DNA of 64,000 bases from Candidatus Tepidifontimicrobium thermophilum (GTDB lineage: Bacteria > Sysuimicrobiota > Sysuimicrobiia > Sysuimicrobiales > Sysuimicrobiaceae): contig JAVKHO010000008.1 of the NCBI GenBank assembly GCA_031459915.1, positions 51,276-115,275 of the forward strand, written 5' to 3'. The notes beneath the pieces were generated by a model. It saw nothing but the letters and a program-made list of their open reading frames with translations. It was not told the DNA's origin and did no database searches. The position numbers were made by a program, and so were the translations under genes. Shown here piece after piece: positions 50,585 through 59,412 of the stretch (positions are counted from its first letter, which is position 1; each line of letters starts with the position of its first letter).

Positions 50585-51134
50585 GTGACGGGGACGGTGG
50601 GGCCTGCGTTGGACTATGAGGCGTGTGTGCGGCCGCACCTGGACTACCTCTACGGTCTGGCGGTCCGTCTGTGCGGCAGCCGGACGGCCGCGGAGGACCT
50701 CCTGCAGGACGCGCTGCTGCGGGCGTTCCGGGCCTTAGGAACCGGGAGCACCCCCGGCGGTGGCTGACCCGAGTCCTCACCAGTGCCTTCCACGACCGCA
50801 CCCGGACGGAGTGGAGGAGGACTTCGACCTGTTCGACAAGATCGCCGAGGAAGACCCGTTCCCCTACTCCGACCGCGTGCACCTGGACTTCCTGGAGCTG
50901 TTCGACGACGCGCGGATCCTCGAGGTGCTGCAGGGTCTGGTCCCGCAGCACCGGGTCGCGGTGATCCTGGCCTATGTGTACGGCTTCACGGCGCGGGAGA
51001 TCGGCGAAATCACGGGCCGGCCTATGGGGACCGTACTCAGCTGGCTGCACCGGGGGCGGAAGCAGCTGGAACGGGAGCTGTGGGAGTACGCGGTCAGCCA
51101 TCACCTTATCCACCGGGGGGCAGTCAGGAGATGA
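50585..51134 (+). pseudogene. ECF sigma factor, twice frameshifted
   Basis: Region 2 (AEDLLQDALLRAF), then LRNREHPRRWL and region 4 (GTVLSWLHRGRK), spread over three frames. Shifts near 50733 and 50810. Confidence 0.82.
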
Positions 51135-51370
51135 TCAGTTGCCGGGAAGCCGTCGCACGCCTGTGGGCGTACCTGGACCGCAACCTGGGGCGTTTGCAGG
51201 AACGAGAACTGGAGGAGCACCTGGGGTTGTGCCGGCACTGCTGCGGGGAGCTGGAGTTCGCGCGTCACGTGCGGGCGCTCCTGCAGCGGCCGGGCGTAGC
51301 TGTGGAGCTGCCCGCAGACACCCGGGCGAAGCTGGAGGACTTCATCCGTCAGTTGGGAGGGGGGGCATGA
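51131..51370 (+). CDS. zf-HC2 zinc-binding anti-sigma factor
   Basis: MISC..LWAYLD and EEHLGLCRHCC (HxxxCxxC). Overlaps the sigma stop. Confidence 0.88.
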   Translation: MISCREAVARLWAYLDRNLGRLQERELEEHLGLCRHCCGELEFARHVRALLQRPGVAVELPADTRAKLEDFIRQLGGGA

Positions 51371-52188
51371 GGGAGCACGCGCACGCGGGCGCACAACCGT
51401 CCGAGGACCTATTGGGCCAGGAGACGATCAAGGAGTTGGTACGCGAGGCTTACCGGGCGGTGGTCGGGACGACCACGGGCGTGGCCGGGAGGCTGTACGA
51501 CCCGGAGCAGCTGGCCCGGCTGCCCCGCGGCGCCGTCGAGCAGGCTCTGGGGGTGGGCAACCCCGTGCGCGCCGCCGGCCTGCAGCCAGGAGAGGTGGTC
51601 CTGGACCTGGGGTGCGGTGGGGGCATCGACACCACCCTGGCGGCCCATGCGGTGGCGCCCGGCGGCAGAAGCATCGGCCTGGACATGCTGCCGGAGATGC
51701 TGGAGGTGGCGGCGCGCCACGCCGCGGAGGCCGGCGTGGCCAACGTCGAGTGGATGCTGGGGGAGATGGAGGCCATCCCGCTGCCCGAGGCGAGCGTGGA
51801 CGTGGTGCTCAGCAACGGGGTGATCAACCTCTCGCCCCGCAAGTCCCGGGCCTTCGCGGAGATCTACCGGGTCCTGCGGCCGGGCGGCCGCATGGTGGTG
51901 GCGGACATTGTGGTGGACGAGGACCTCCCCCCGGAGATCCTAACGAGCGCCGCTGCCTGGGCCGGTTGACTCTCGGGCGCTTTGGCGGAGCGTGTCTTCG
52001 CCAGCAAAGTGCAGAAGGTCGGGTTTGTGGACATCCAGCGGGGAGAGGAGTTGCCCTTCGGGGTGGACGAGTGCGAGCAGTACCCGCTGTTCACGCCGGA
52101 GCTGATTGCCCTGATGCGCCGGCTCATTCCGCCGGAACGGCAGGCGACGGTGGCCCGGTCGGTGATCTTCACGGCCCGTAAGCCGTAG
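51367..52188 (+). CDS. ArsM-like SAM methyltransferase, probable selenoprotein (UGA 51967-51969 = Sec)
   Basis: VLDLGCGGG and SNGVINL. In-frame TGA in WAG-U-LSGAL aligns to the Cys of WSA-C-VAGAV in arsM. The frame continues to TAG 52186-52188, and a SECIS-like hairpin follows the TGA. Confidence 0.8.
51977..52012 (+). promoter_or_regulatory. bacterial SECIS-like stem-loop
   Basis: GCGCUUU-GGCGGAG-cgugu-CUUCGCC-(agc)-AAAGUGC. The apical loop starts 21 nt after UGA and has GU at loop positions 2-3. Confidence 0.7.
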
Positions 52189-52255
52189 GTGAGGCTTCGC
52201 CGACCTCCCGGTTTGGGGGGACAGAGCAGGATCAACACGAGAGAGGAGGACAGCC

Positions 52256-52426
52256 ATGACAAGCCAGGCGGTGGTGAACGGGGTGGACGTGGGGCAGCTC
52301 GTGGCGACGGTGGAAGCCATCAAGGCGAATCCGGATCTCGCGCGGTTTACGGGCCCCGGCTTGGTGGAGGTCCGCCGCTGGCCCGTGGGCCGGACGGGCG
52401 CCGCCGCGACGCCGACTCCGCAGTAG
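52256..52426 (+). pseudogene. truncated OsmC/Ohr-family gene remnant
   Basis: GGAGGA SD then MTSQAVVNGVDVGQLVATVEAIKANPDLARF, an N-terminus typical of OsmC-like proteins. Unrelated sequence and a stop follow after 56 aa. Confidence 0.6.
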
Positions 52427-52535
52427 ACCGGAGAGGAGTTCCTCTTCGGCCCGTAGCGTGCCCGCGGCCCGCGGTTGCAGGCGGTAGGCAGATCCCGCCG
52501 TACCGGCGGTTGCCGGAGGTGTTAGAGTCAGCACG

Positions 52536-54560
52536 GTGGGAGTCGACGAACCCTTCGTATCCCGAGCGCTCAGGCCCTACGTGTACTCGAGCGGTCGCCC
52601 CGGGCCGGCAGAACTCGCCAGGGCCGGCGGCCTCCGTGTTCGGTACGGGGCCGCGGGGCTTTCCGGCGTGCTGCTCGCCCTGAGCTTTCCGCATCCCGGC
52701 TGGTGGCCCCTCGCCTGGGTCGCTCTGGTCCCCTTGCTCCTGGCACTCCGCGGGCTGCGGCCGGCGGCCGCGGCAGGGGTAGGCCTCGTATTCGGGTTGG
52801 CCTTCTACGGGCTGCTGCTCACGTGGCTCGACAGCCTGGGGGTGGCCGCGTACCTCACGGTTGTGGCGTTCAGCGCGGGATACTCCGCCCTGTTCGGAGC
52901 GCTGGCAAGCTGCGGAGGCCAGGGCGCGGGGGACGTTCGGTTCCTCTTGACGGCGTGGCTGGCGTGGGTCGTGGTGGAGTGGCTGCGCAGCCTGGGCGTT
53001 GCCTCGTTCCCGTGGGGCCTCGTGGGCTACTCCCAGTGGACGAACCTGCCTGTCCTGCAGCTCGCCTCCGTGGGCGGTGTGTACCTCGTTTCCGCGGCGG
53101 TGGTGGCCGGGAACGTTGGGCTTGCGCTCCTTCTGCTCCGCAGACCCTCGGGGCTGGTGCCCCTGCTTCTCGTGGCCCTGGCGTGGGGGTGGGGAAACGG
53201 GAGACTTGCGCGCCTGGAAGCGGAGGCGCAACCAGGGATGCCGGTGGCCGTGATCCAACCGAACCTGGCGCAGCAGCGCAAGCTCGATCCCGACCACGCC
53301 CCCCAGACCCAGAAGACCCTGCTGCAACTCACCCGGGAGGCGGTGCGTTCGGGAGCGCAGCTGGTGGTGTGGCCCGAGCACTACTGGCCGGTTCCCCTCC
53401 TCCGCGATGGACGACTCGATGCCCTGATTCAGACCGCGGTGCCCGAGGGCGTGGCGCTCCTGGCCACTGGGGAAATCGACGGCCGGCGTAACTCAGCCGT
53501 CGTCGTGGACCGCGGACGCGTGAGGGGGCGGCACGACAAGGTGCGGCTCGTGCCCCTCGGAGAATGGTGGGCGGATCCGGGAGCAGGCTATCAGGCCCTC
53601 TGGGCTCCCGAGGGGCCCGCGGGTGTGCTCCTGTGTTACGAAGTCGTGTATGCTGCCTCCGCGCGAGCCCTGGTGACCGACGGAGCCCGCTACCTGATCC
53701 ACTCTACCGAGGAGGGCTGGTTCGGGGAGTCCGCAGGGCCTGTGCAGCACCTGGGGTTCGCGGTGGTGCGGGCGGTGGAGCTGGGCCGGGACGTGGTGCG
53801 GGCTGCCAGCATCGGGATCTCCGCCGTCATTGAGCGGACCGGGCGCATCCAGACACGGCTTCCACAGATGACACAGGGATGGGTCGCCGGTCGCATCGAG
53901 CCACGGTCGGACCTCACGCCCTACGCCCGCTGGGGAGACCTGTGGGTGTGGGTAGCCGCCGGGGTCCTGGGTGGCATGGTGCTGCCGGCCACGCTCCCGT
54001 GGATGCGCCGGGAGGTGGTAGCCCCGTTTCTCCTGCCCGCCACGGCCGCGATGTTGGGAGGCGCCCTCGGGTTCGGGTGGCTTCTCACAGGGCTACTCCT
54101 GGGCGCGGTCGCCCTCGCGACGTGCCCGGATCCCCGGAGGCTCGGGCTTGTGCCGGTCCGGCGGTTCACGAGCCTCCTGACCGCCGCAGGGTTTTCCGGA
54201 ACCGCGGTGTGGCTCGTGCAGGCGGGGTTTGCGGCTCAGGGGATCCCGCTGTTCTTTCAGATGCCCGGGTGGGATCGCGTCTTGGCGTACCTTGTGTTTG
54301 GAGCCGCGGAGGAGCTGTGGCTGCGGGGTGTGATCGTCGCTTCCCTTCCCACCTCTCCCCTCGCCGCCTTCGTCCTCTCGCAAGTGGGGAGCCTGCTCCT
54401 GTACCTGGGGGCGAGGGGGGAGGTGGTGGCCTGGCACCTCCTGAGCGGCGCGGCCTTTTTCCTGATCCGGCGGGTGACGGGGAGCCTTTGGGGGCCCATG
54501 CTAACGCGGGGCGTCGGGGACGCGGCCCTGTGGGCCCTGCTGGGCCGGTGGCCGTTTTAG
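52536..54560 (+). CDS. lnt: apolipoprotein N-acyltransferase fused to a C-terminal CPBP/Abi intramembrane protease-like domain
   Basis: FPWGLVGYSQ, QPN, WPE, KVRLVPLGE and LCYE triad. Extra C-terminal TM region with AEELWLRG. Confidence 0.85.
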   Translation: MGVDEPFVSRALRPYVYSSGRPGPAELARAGGLRVRYGAAGLSGVLLALSFPHPGWWPLAWVALVPLLLALRGLRPAAAAGVGLVFGLAFYGLLLTWLDSLGVAAYLTVVAFSAGYSALFGALASCGGQGAGDVRFLLTAWLAWVVVEWLRSLGVASFPWGLVGYSQWTNLPVLQLASVGGVYLVSAAVVAGNVGLALLLLRRPSGLVPLLLVALAWGWGNGRLARLEAEAQPGMPVAVIQPNLAQQRKLDPDHAPQTQKTLLQLTREAVRSGAQLVVWPEHYWPVPLLRDGRLDALIQTAVPEGVALLATGEIDGRRNSAVVVDRGRVRGRHDKVRLVPLGEWWADPGAGYQALWAPEGPAGVLLCYEVVYAASARALVTDGARYLIHSTEEGWFGESAGPVQHLGFAVVRAVELGRDVVRAASIGISAVIERTGRIQTRLPQMTQGWVAGRIEPRSDLTPYARWGDLWVWVAAGVLGGMVLPATLPWMRREVVAPFLLPATAAMLGGALGFGWLLTGLLLGAVALATCPDPRRLGLVPVRRFTSLLTAAGFSGTAVWLVQAGFAAQGIPLFFQMPGWDRVLAYLVFGAAEELWLRGVIVASLPTSPLAAFVLSQVGSLLLYLGARGEVVAWHLLSGAAFFLIRRVTGSLWGPMLTRGVGDAALWALLGRWPF

Positions 54561-54638
54561 AGCTGTAGGAGCAGCGGCATCCTCCGGCGATCGCAGTACG
54601 TCGGTGACTGGAAAGAGCATCGAGGGGAGGGTCTCCGG

Positions 54639-55862
54639 TTGTGGTGGACCGGGTATGACATCCGCCTGGAGGACGTCAGGGACGCGGCCGCGGCCCTCGG
54701 CGCGTACGTGCAGCGAACCCCGCTCCTGAGGGCTCGAGCCCTGGGCCAGATGGCGGGGGTGGAGCTGTGGCTGAAGGCGGAGAACCTCCAGCGCACCGGT
54801 TCCTTCAAGGTCCGGGGAGCGTTCAACCGGATCCGTCTGCTGGGCCCGGAGGAACGGCGCCGCGGAGTGGTAGCGGCGTCTGCGGGCAACCACGCCCAGG
54901 GGGTGGCCCTGGCGGCGCGCGAGCTGGGCGTACGGGCCACCGTGGTCATGCCGGAGGCCGCTCCCCTGGTGAAGGTGGAGTCGACGCGCGGGTATGGTGC
55001 GGAGGTGGTGCTGCACGGGCGGGACTTTGACGAGGCCTTCGCGTACGCGGAGGCGCTGCACCGGGACTCCGGTGCGGTGCTCGTCCACGCCTTCGACGAC
55101 CCGGCGGTTATCGCGGGCCAGGGGACGGTGGGACTGGAGATCGTGGAGCAGCTGCCGGACGTGCAGCTGGTGGTGGTTCCCGTGGGCGGCGGAGGTCTGA
55201 TTTCCGGGGTGGCGGTGGCGGTCAAGTCCCTGGTGCCCACGGCCCGCGTGGTAGGGGTGCAGGCCGCGGCGGCACCCGCGGTGTACCAGTCTTGGCGGCA
55301 GGCGCGAGCGGTCGAGGTCCCCGCGCGGCGGACTCTGGCGGACGGCCTGGCGGTGAGCGCTGCACGCGGCGGGGTCCTGGAGCTCCTGCGGCGATGGGTA
55401 GACGACCTGGTCACGGTGGAGGAGGACGAGCTGGCGGGTGCCATGGTGCTGCTGCTGGAGCGGGCAAAACTAGTGGCGGAAGGGGCGGGAGCGGCTGCGG
55501 TGGCGGCCCTGGTGTACGGCAAGGTCCGCATGCCAGGGGCCCGCACGGTGGCGGTGGTGAGCGGGGGGAACGTGGACCTCAACACCCTGGTGCGGGTGGT
55601 GGACCGGGGACTGATGAAGACCGGGCGCCTGCTCCGTCTGCACACACGCTTGCTGGACCGTCCCGGGAGCCTGCGGCAGCTGCTGGAGGTGGTGGCCCGG
55701 GAGGGGGCCAACGTGGTTACCGTGGAGCACGATCGCCTCGCCCCCGACGTCCCGGTGGGCGAGGCCGACGTCACCCTGCTGGTGGAGACGCGGGATGCGG
55801 AGCACGCGCAGGTGCTGCTGACCCAGGTCCGACGCGCCGGCTTCTCCGTCCACGGTGACTAG
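54639..55862 (+). CDS. ilvA: threonine ammonia-lyase with C-terminal ACT domain
   Basis: KAENLQRTGSFKVRGA, SAGNHAQG, PVGGGGL, SGGN and DRPGSL. Confidence 0.93.
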   Translation: MWWTGYDIRLEDVRDAAAALGAYVQRTPLLRARALGQMAGVELWLKAENLQRTGSFKVRGAFNRIRLLGPEERRRGVVAASAGNHAQGVALAARELGVRATVVMPEAAPLVKVESTRGYGAEVVLHGRDFDEAFAYAEALHRDSGAVLVHAFDDPAVIAGQGTVGLEIVEQLPDVQLVVVPVGGGGLISGVAVAVKSLVPTARVVGVQAAAAPAVYQSWRQARAVEVPARRTLADGLAVSAARGGVLELLRRWVDDLVTVEEDELAGAMVLLLERAKLVAEGAGAAAVAALVYGKVRMPGARTVAVVSGGNVDLNTLVRVVDRGLMKTGRLLRLHTRLLDRPGSLRQLLEVVAREGANVVTVEHDRLAPDVPVGEADVTLLVETRDAEHAQVLLTQVRRAGFSVHGD

Positions 55863-55906
55863 GACCGTCCCCACGAGGGGCCTGACTTACCCGGCGCACC
55901 TTCTCG

Positions 55907-55944
55907 TTCACGGATTCTTCACACGTCCGCCAACGGCGCCTCAC
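55907..55944 (+). promoter_or_regulatory. putative OmpR-family regulator site copy 1 (TTCAC-N6-TTCAC-N14-CGCCTCAC)
   Basis: Direct repeat with an 11-bp period. Same module recurs at 61206-61243. Confidence 0.65.
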
Positions 55945-55978
55945 GGACGTCGCCCAACCTGATCCCGGAGGGTTCGAC

Positions 55979-56413
55979 ATGTCCTGGACGCGCCGGTTTT
56001 TCGTGGTTTGGCTCGTGGCCGGCCTGTGGGCGGTTGTCGCGGGCACTCGGCCGGTCCGGGCGGAGGTCTGGCAACCCGTCCAGTTGACCGTGCGCGATCG
56101 GGGTGAGGGTCGCGTGACGGTCACCGCCACGTGGCAGGGGGTCCGGGAGGGGACGCTGGTACTGCGCGTGGCCTTCGACACGCATTCCGTGGACCTGTCC
56201 GGGTTCGACGTGGCGAGCAACACGGTCCTGCGGGACGAGGCCGGTCGGGAACTGCGGCTCCTGCGGTGGCAGGAGGAGCAGGGTAGCTCGCACCACCGCC
56301 GCGGCCTGCTGGTGTTTGCCGCTCCCCCGGCTCCTCCCGGACGCCTCTTGCTGGTGGTCCGGAACCTGGCGGGGGTCCCCGAGCGCGTGCTGGCCTTCGA
56401 GTTCCGGCAGTGA
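55979..56413 (+). CDS. exported hypothetical protein (metal-cluster associated; THSVDL, HHR)
   Basis: GGAGG SD, signal peptide and His motifs. Confidence 0.75.
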   Translation: MSWTRRFFVVWLVAGLWAVVAGTRPVRAEVWQPVQLTVRDRGEGRVTVTATWQGVREGTLVLRVAFDTHSVDLSGFDVASNTVLRDEAGRELRLLRWQEEQGSSHHRRGLLVFAAPPAPPGRLLLVVRNLAGVPERVLAFEFRQ

Positions 56414-57105
56414 GAACGGCGCTGGCGCTTCCGGCTAGGCGAAGTCTGCTGGCCCGCTGCGCGGCCGGACGCGGTGCAGGAGTTCCTCCGTGGGTGTGGG
56501 GTGCGGTGGGGAGCGCGGGGCTGTTTGGGCTGTACGTGGGGGCCGTGGCCGGGCTGTCCCGCTCCCTGGGACATGCGTGGGAGCTCCTGGCCACCGACTG
56601 GCCCTTCGTGGCCGCCCTCGCCGGGGGCTTCGGGGCGCGGGTGGGGTTGTACGCCCACCTGCGGAGGTTGCGGAGGGCGTCCGGTGCCGTCGCGGGCGCT
56701 GCGGGTTTCGGTACCGGGACCTCGACCGCGGCCATGGTGGCCTGCTGTGCTCACCATGCCACAGACCTGTTGCCGTTCTTGAGCCTGCCCGCGGTCACGG
56801 GTGTCGTCGGTGCCCTGGCCGCGTGGCGGGTCCCGCTGATGACCCTGGGGATCGTTACGAACCTGGTGGGGGTGGGAGTGAGCCTGCGACTTGTGCAGCG
56901 GGCACGGTCGGATCTTGGCGGAACTGCAACCGGGGAGGGAAAGGCTATGGCGGAGCGCGTGAAGGACCCCGTGTGCGGTATGGAGGTGGACCCGGAGCGG
57001 GCGGCAACGCGGTCGGAGTACGAGGGCAAGACGTATTACTTCTGCTCCGCTCACTGTAAAACCAGCTTCGACCGCCAGCCGGAGCAGTACGCCGGGCAGT
57101 CCTGA
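56410..57105 (+). CDS. membrane protein (ACCAHH motif) in frame with a C-terminal YHS domain
   Basis: TM helices with MVACCAHH, then KDPVCGM..YYFCSAHCK. Internal SD and ATG at 56947. Confidence 0.75.
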   Translation: MRTALALPARRSLLARCAAGRGAGVPPWVWGAVGSAGLFGLYVGAVAGLSRSLGHAWELLATDWPFVAALAGGFGARVGLYAHLRRLRRASGAVAGAAGFGTGTSTAAMVACCAHHATDLLPFLSLPAVTGVVGALAAWRVPLMTLGIVTNLVGVGVSLRLVQRARSDLGGTATGEGKAMAERVKDPVCGMEVDPERAATRSEYEGKTYYFCSAHCKTSFDRQPEQYAGQS

Positions 57106-57151
57106 CGGCGACTTTTCTGAGGAACCCACGGACGACTGTGGGAGGTGGAGC

Positions 57152-57637
57152 GTGCGTCCCACACACCGCTCGCGTCCAAGCAGAGCTGAACGGCAGTCGG
57201 GCGGCCGGCCGGGCCAAGTGGGCAGGCTGTTCGGGGCTACGCCCGCGGTGCGCAAGGCTGTCTTTCTGCTTCTCGCCCTGACGGCTGCCGGAGGGGCTGC
57301 GGCCCTGCTGTGGCCCCGGGGTGGTGGTCCGGAGGAGGCGGACCAGACCGTGGAGATCACCATGGCGGGGTTCAGCCAGCCCGTCCTCCTGGCGCGGGCA
57401 GGCAAGCCCCTGCGCCTGCGGATCGTAAACCCCGACAGCCCCTACCACACGGACGGTGGCGGGTGGCACCAGCTGGCCATCCCCGCCCTCAAGGTGGATG
57501 TCCGGGTGCCTCCGCGCAGCAGCCGTGTGGTGGAGATCCCAGCCGCGCCAGCTGGCGAGTACGGCTTCTACTGCGACGTCTGCTGCGGCGGCAAGGCGAA
57601 CCCGACCATGCGGGGCGTTCTGCGGGTAGAGGCCTGA
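57152..57637 (+). CDS. cupredoxin-domain membrane-anchored protein
   Basis: TM anchor, then H..., YGFYCDVCCGG..PTMRG. Confidence 0.8.
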   Translation: MRPTHRSRPSRAERQSGGRPGQVGRLFGATPAVRKAVFLLLALTAAGGAAALLWPRGGGPEEADQTVEITMAGFSQPVLLARAGKPLRLRIVNPDSPYHTDGGGWHQLAIPALKVDVRVPPRSSRVVEIPAAPAGEYGFYCDVCCGGKANPTMRGVLRVEA

Positions 57638-57658
57638 CGTCGGCGGTTTGACGGCCTG

Positions 57659-58372
57659 GTGGAGGGAGCTGGGTTGGACGCCGCCGACCTCGCCCTGCCC
57701 GCGGTGGCGGGAGCTGCAGTGCTGGACAGCCTCAACCCGTGTTCCTTCGCGGTGCTGCTGATGTTCGTGGGTGTCGCCCTCCTGCTGGCGGAGCGGTCGG
57801 GGGTATCTGGGGCAGGGGGAAAACTGTGGTGGACGGGACTCACCTTCATCTTCGGCGTCTTCCTGGCGTACCTGGCTTTGGGGCTGGGCGGGTTGACGTT
57901 CCTCCGCGGGCTCGCTGGCGGGCACTGGGTGGGTCGCGCGGCGGCCCTGGGCGCTGTGGGCTTGGGACTGCTGACGCTTCAGGAGGCGCTGGTACCGGAA
58001 TGGGGGGTACGTCTCGGTGCGCCCCCAGCGCTGGGCGAACGGCTGCGGGCCCTGAGCGCCCGGGGCAGTCTGCCCGCGGTGTTCGGCGCGGGCGGGCTCG
58101 TAGGTCTGTGCACCGTGCCCTGCTCGGGGGCCATCTATCTGGCGGTGCTGGCCCTGCTGGCCAGTCAGCCTACGTTCGCGCGAGGGCTGGCGTACCTGGT
58201 GGTGTACAATTTCGTTTTCGTGCTCCCGCTGGTGGCGCTGTTGGCGGTGGCCGGATCCCGGCCCGTTTTCAACCAGCTCGGGCGCTGGCAGCTCCACCAC
58301 CGCCGGACGCTGAAATTCGCCATGGGGGCCGGGGCGGTGATCCTGGGCCTGCTGGTCCTCGCGGTGCTGTGA
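57659..58372 (+). CDS. CcdA/DsbD-type transmembrane thiol-redox protein
   Basis: DSLNPCSF and LCTVPCSG motifs across about 6 TM segments. Confidence 0.8.
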   Translation: MEGAGLDAADLALPAVAGAAVLDSLNPCSFAVLLMFVGVALLLAERSGVSGAGGKLWWTGLTFIFGVFLAYLALGLGGLTFLRGLAGGHWVGRAAALGAVGLGLLTLQEALVPEWGVRLGAPPALGERLRALSARGSLPAVFGAGGLVGLCTVPCSGAIYLAVLALLASQPTFARGLAYLVVYNFVFVLPLVALLAVAGSRPVFNQLGRWQLHHRRTLKFAMGAGAVILGLLVLAVL

Positions 58373-58436
58373 AGACCCGGCTCCGCACACCGCCCGATGC
58401 GGTGCCTGGGCGTACAATGGCGACAGGAGGGCAGCC

Positions 58437-59054
58437 GTGTCCCGCGGGCTGGTGCTGGTAGGTGTCGGGCTCGTAGCGCTGGCGGCAGTCCTATCCTTGA
58501 CCGTCCCGTGGGCCGGGCCGGCCATGGGGTGGCCGGACTTCTGGGGATCCTCGCCTGCGACACCGGTGACGCTGGACGCGGCTGCGGAGCTGGTGCGGCG
58601 GGTCCTGGCGGAGTGGGGCTACCCGGACCTCGTGCCCAAAGAGGTGATGGAGTTCACGAACCACTTCTACGTCCTGGTGGTGGAGAAAGACACGGGGAAG
58701 GGCGCCATGGAGCTCATCGTGGAGCGCAACGGGTTCGTGCACCCGGAGCCCGGGCCCAACATGATGTGGAACACGAAGTACGGGCACATGGCCGGCATGA
58801 TGGGCCCCGCTTCCGGAATCTGGCTGGGGGCACCGACGCTGTTCCGGGAGCGCGCGCGGGAGATCGCCCGGGAGTTCCTGGAGCGCGTCTACCCCGGTGC
58901 AGAGCCAGACCACGGCACGGAGTTCTACGGCTACTTCACATTCGATGTGGAACGGGGCGGCAAGACTTTCGGCATGTTGAGCGTGAACGCGTACACCGGC
59001 CAGGTGTGGTACCACGCCTGGCACGGAGCGTTCATACGGGAGAAGGAGCTGTAA
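58437..59054 (+). CDS. exported Met/His-rich protein (PepSY-like repeats)
   Basis: Signal peptide, EPGPNMMWNTKYGHM, FYGYFT and SVNAYTGQVWYH.WHG. Confidence 0.75.
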   Translation: MSRGLVLVGVGLVALAAVLSLTVPWAGPAMGWPDFWGSSPATPVTLDAAAELVRRVLAEWGYPDLVPKEVMEFTNHFYVLVVEKDTGKGAMELIVERNGFVHPEPGPNMMWNTKYGHMAGMMGPASGIWLGAPTLFRERAREIAREFLERVYPGAEPDHGTEFYGYFTFDVERGGKTFGMLSVNAYTGQVWYHAWHGAFIREKEL

Positions 59055-59064
59055 GGAGGGGCAG

Positions 59065-59388
59065 ATGAGTTGGCGAGATGCGGTGCTGGTGGCCGTTGTG
59101 GTGCTGGGAGTCCTAGTGTTGCTGCCGGCCCTGTGGATGGGAGTGGGAGGTTGGGGTTGGATGATGGGGCCCGGAATGATGGGCCGGTGGGGCGGTTGGG
59201 GCTGGGGTTGGGGTGGGCTGCTGGGATCCCTCGTCCTCCTGCTCCTGGTGGCGGGTGTGGCCCTGGTAGTTGTTGGGCTCACGCGGCGGGAGAGATCCGA
59301 CAGCGCCCTGGAGATTCTGCGGGAACGGCTGGCGAGGGGTGAAATCACCGCGGAGCAGTACGAGGAGTTGCGGAGACTCCTCCAGTAA
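59065..59388 (+). CDS. SHOCT-domain membrane protein
   Basis: GMMG-rich TM segment and ALEILRERLARGEITAEQYEE. Confidence 0.88.
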   Translation: MSWRDAVLVAVVVLGVLVLLPALWMGVGGWGWMMGPGMMGRWGGWGWGWGGLLGSLVLLLLVAGVALVVVGLTRRERSDSALEILRERLARGEITAEQYEELRRLLQ

Positions 59389-59412
59389 ACCCGAGCGTCT
59401 ACCATGGGGGAG

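Noticed and set aside
50700..50830. Programmed frameshifting in the ECF sigma gene
   Set aside because: There are no slippery heptamers and residues appear to be missing at both junctions, which fits deletions or assembly error.
52424..52456. TAG read-through (pyrrolysine) after the OsmC remnant
   Set aside because: Only a few codons follow, there is no homology support, and no pyl genes are visible.
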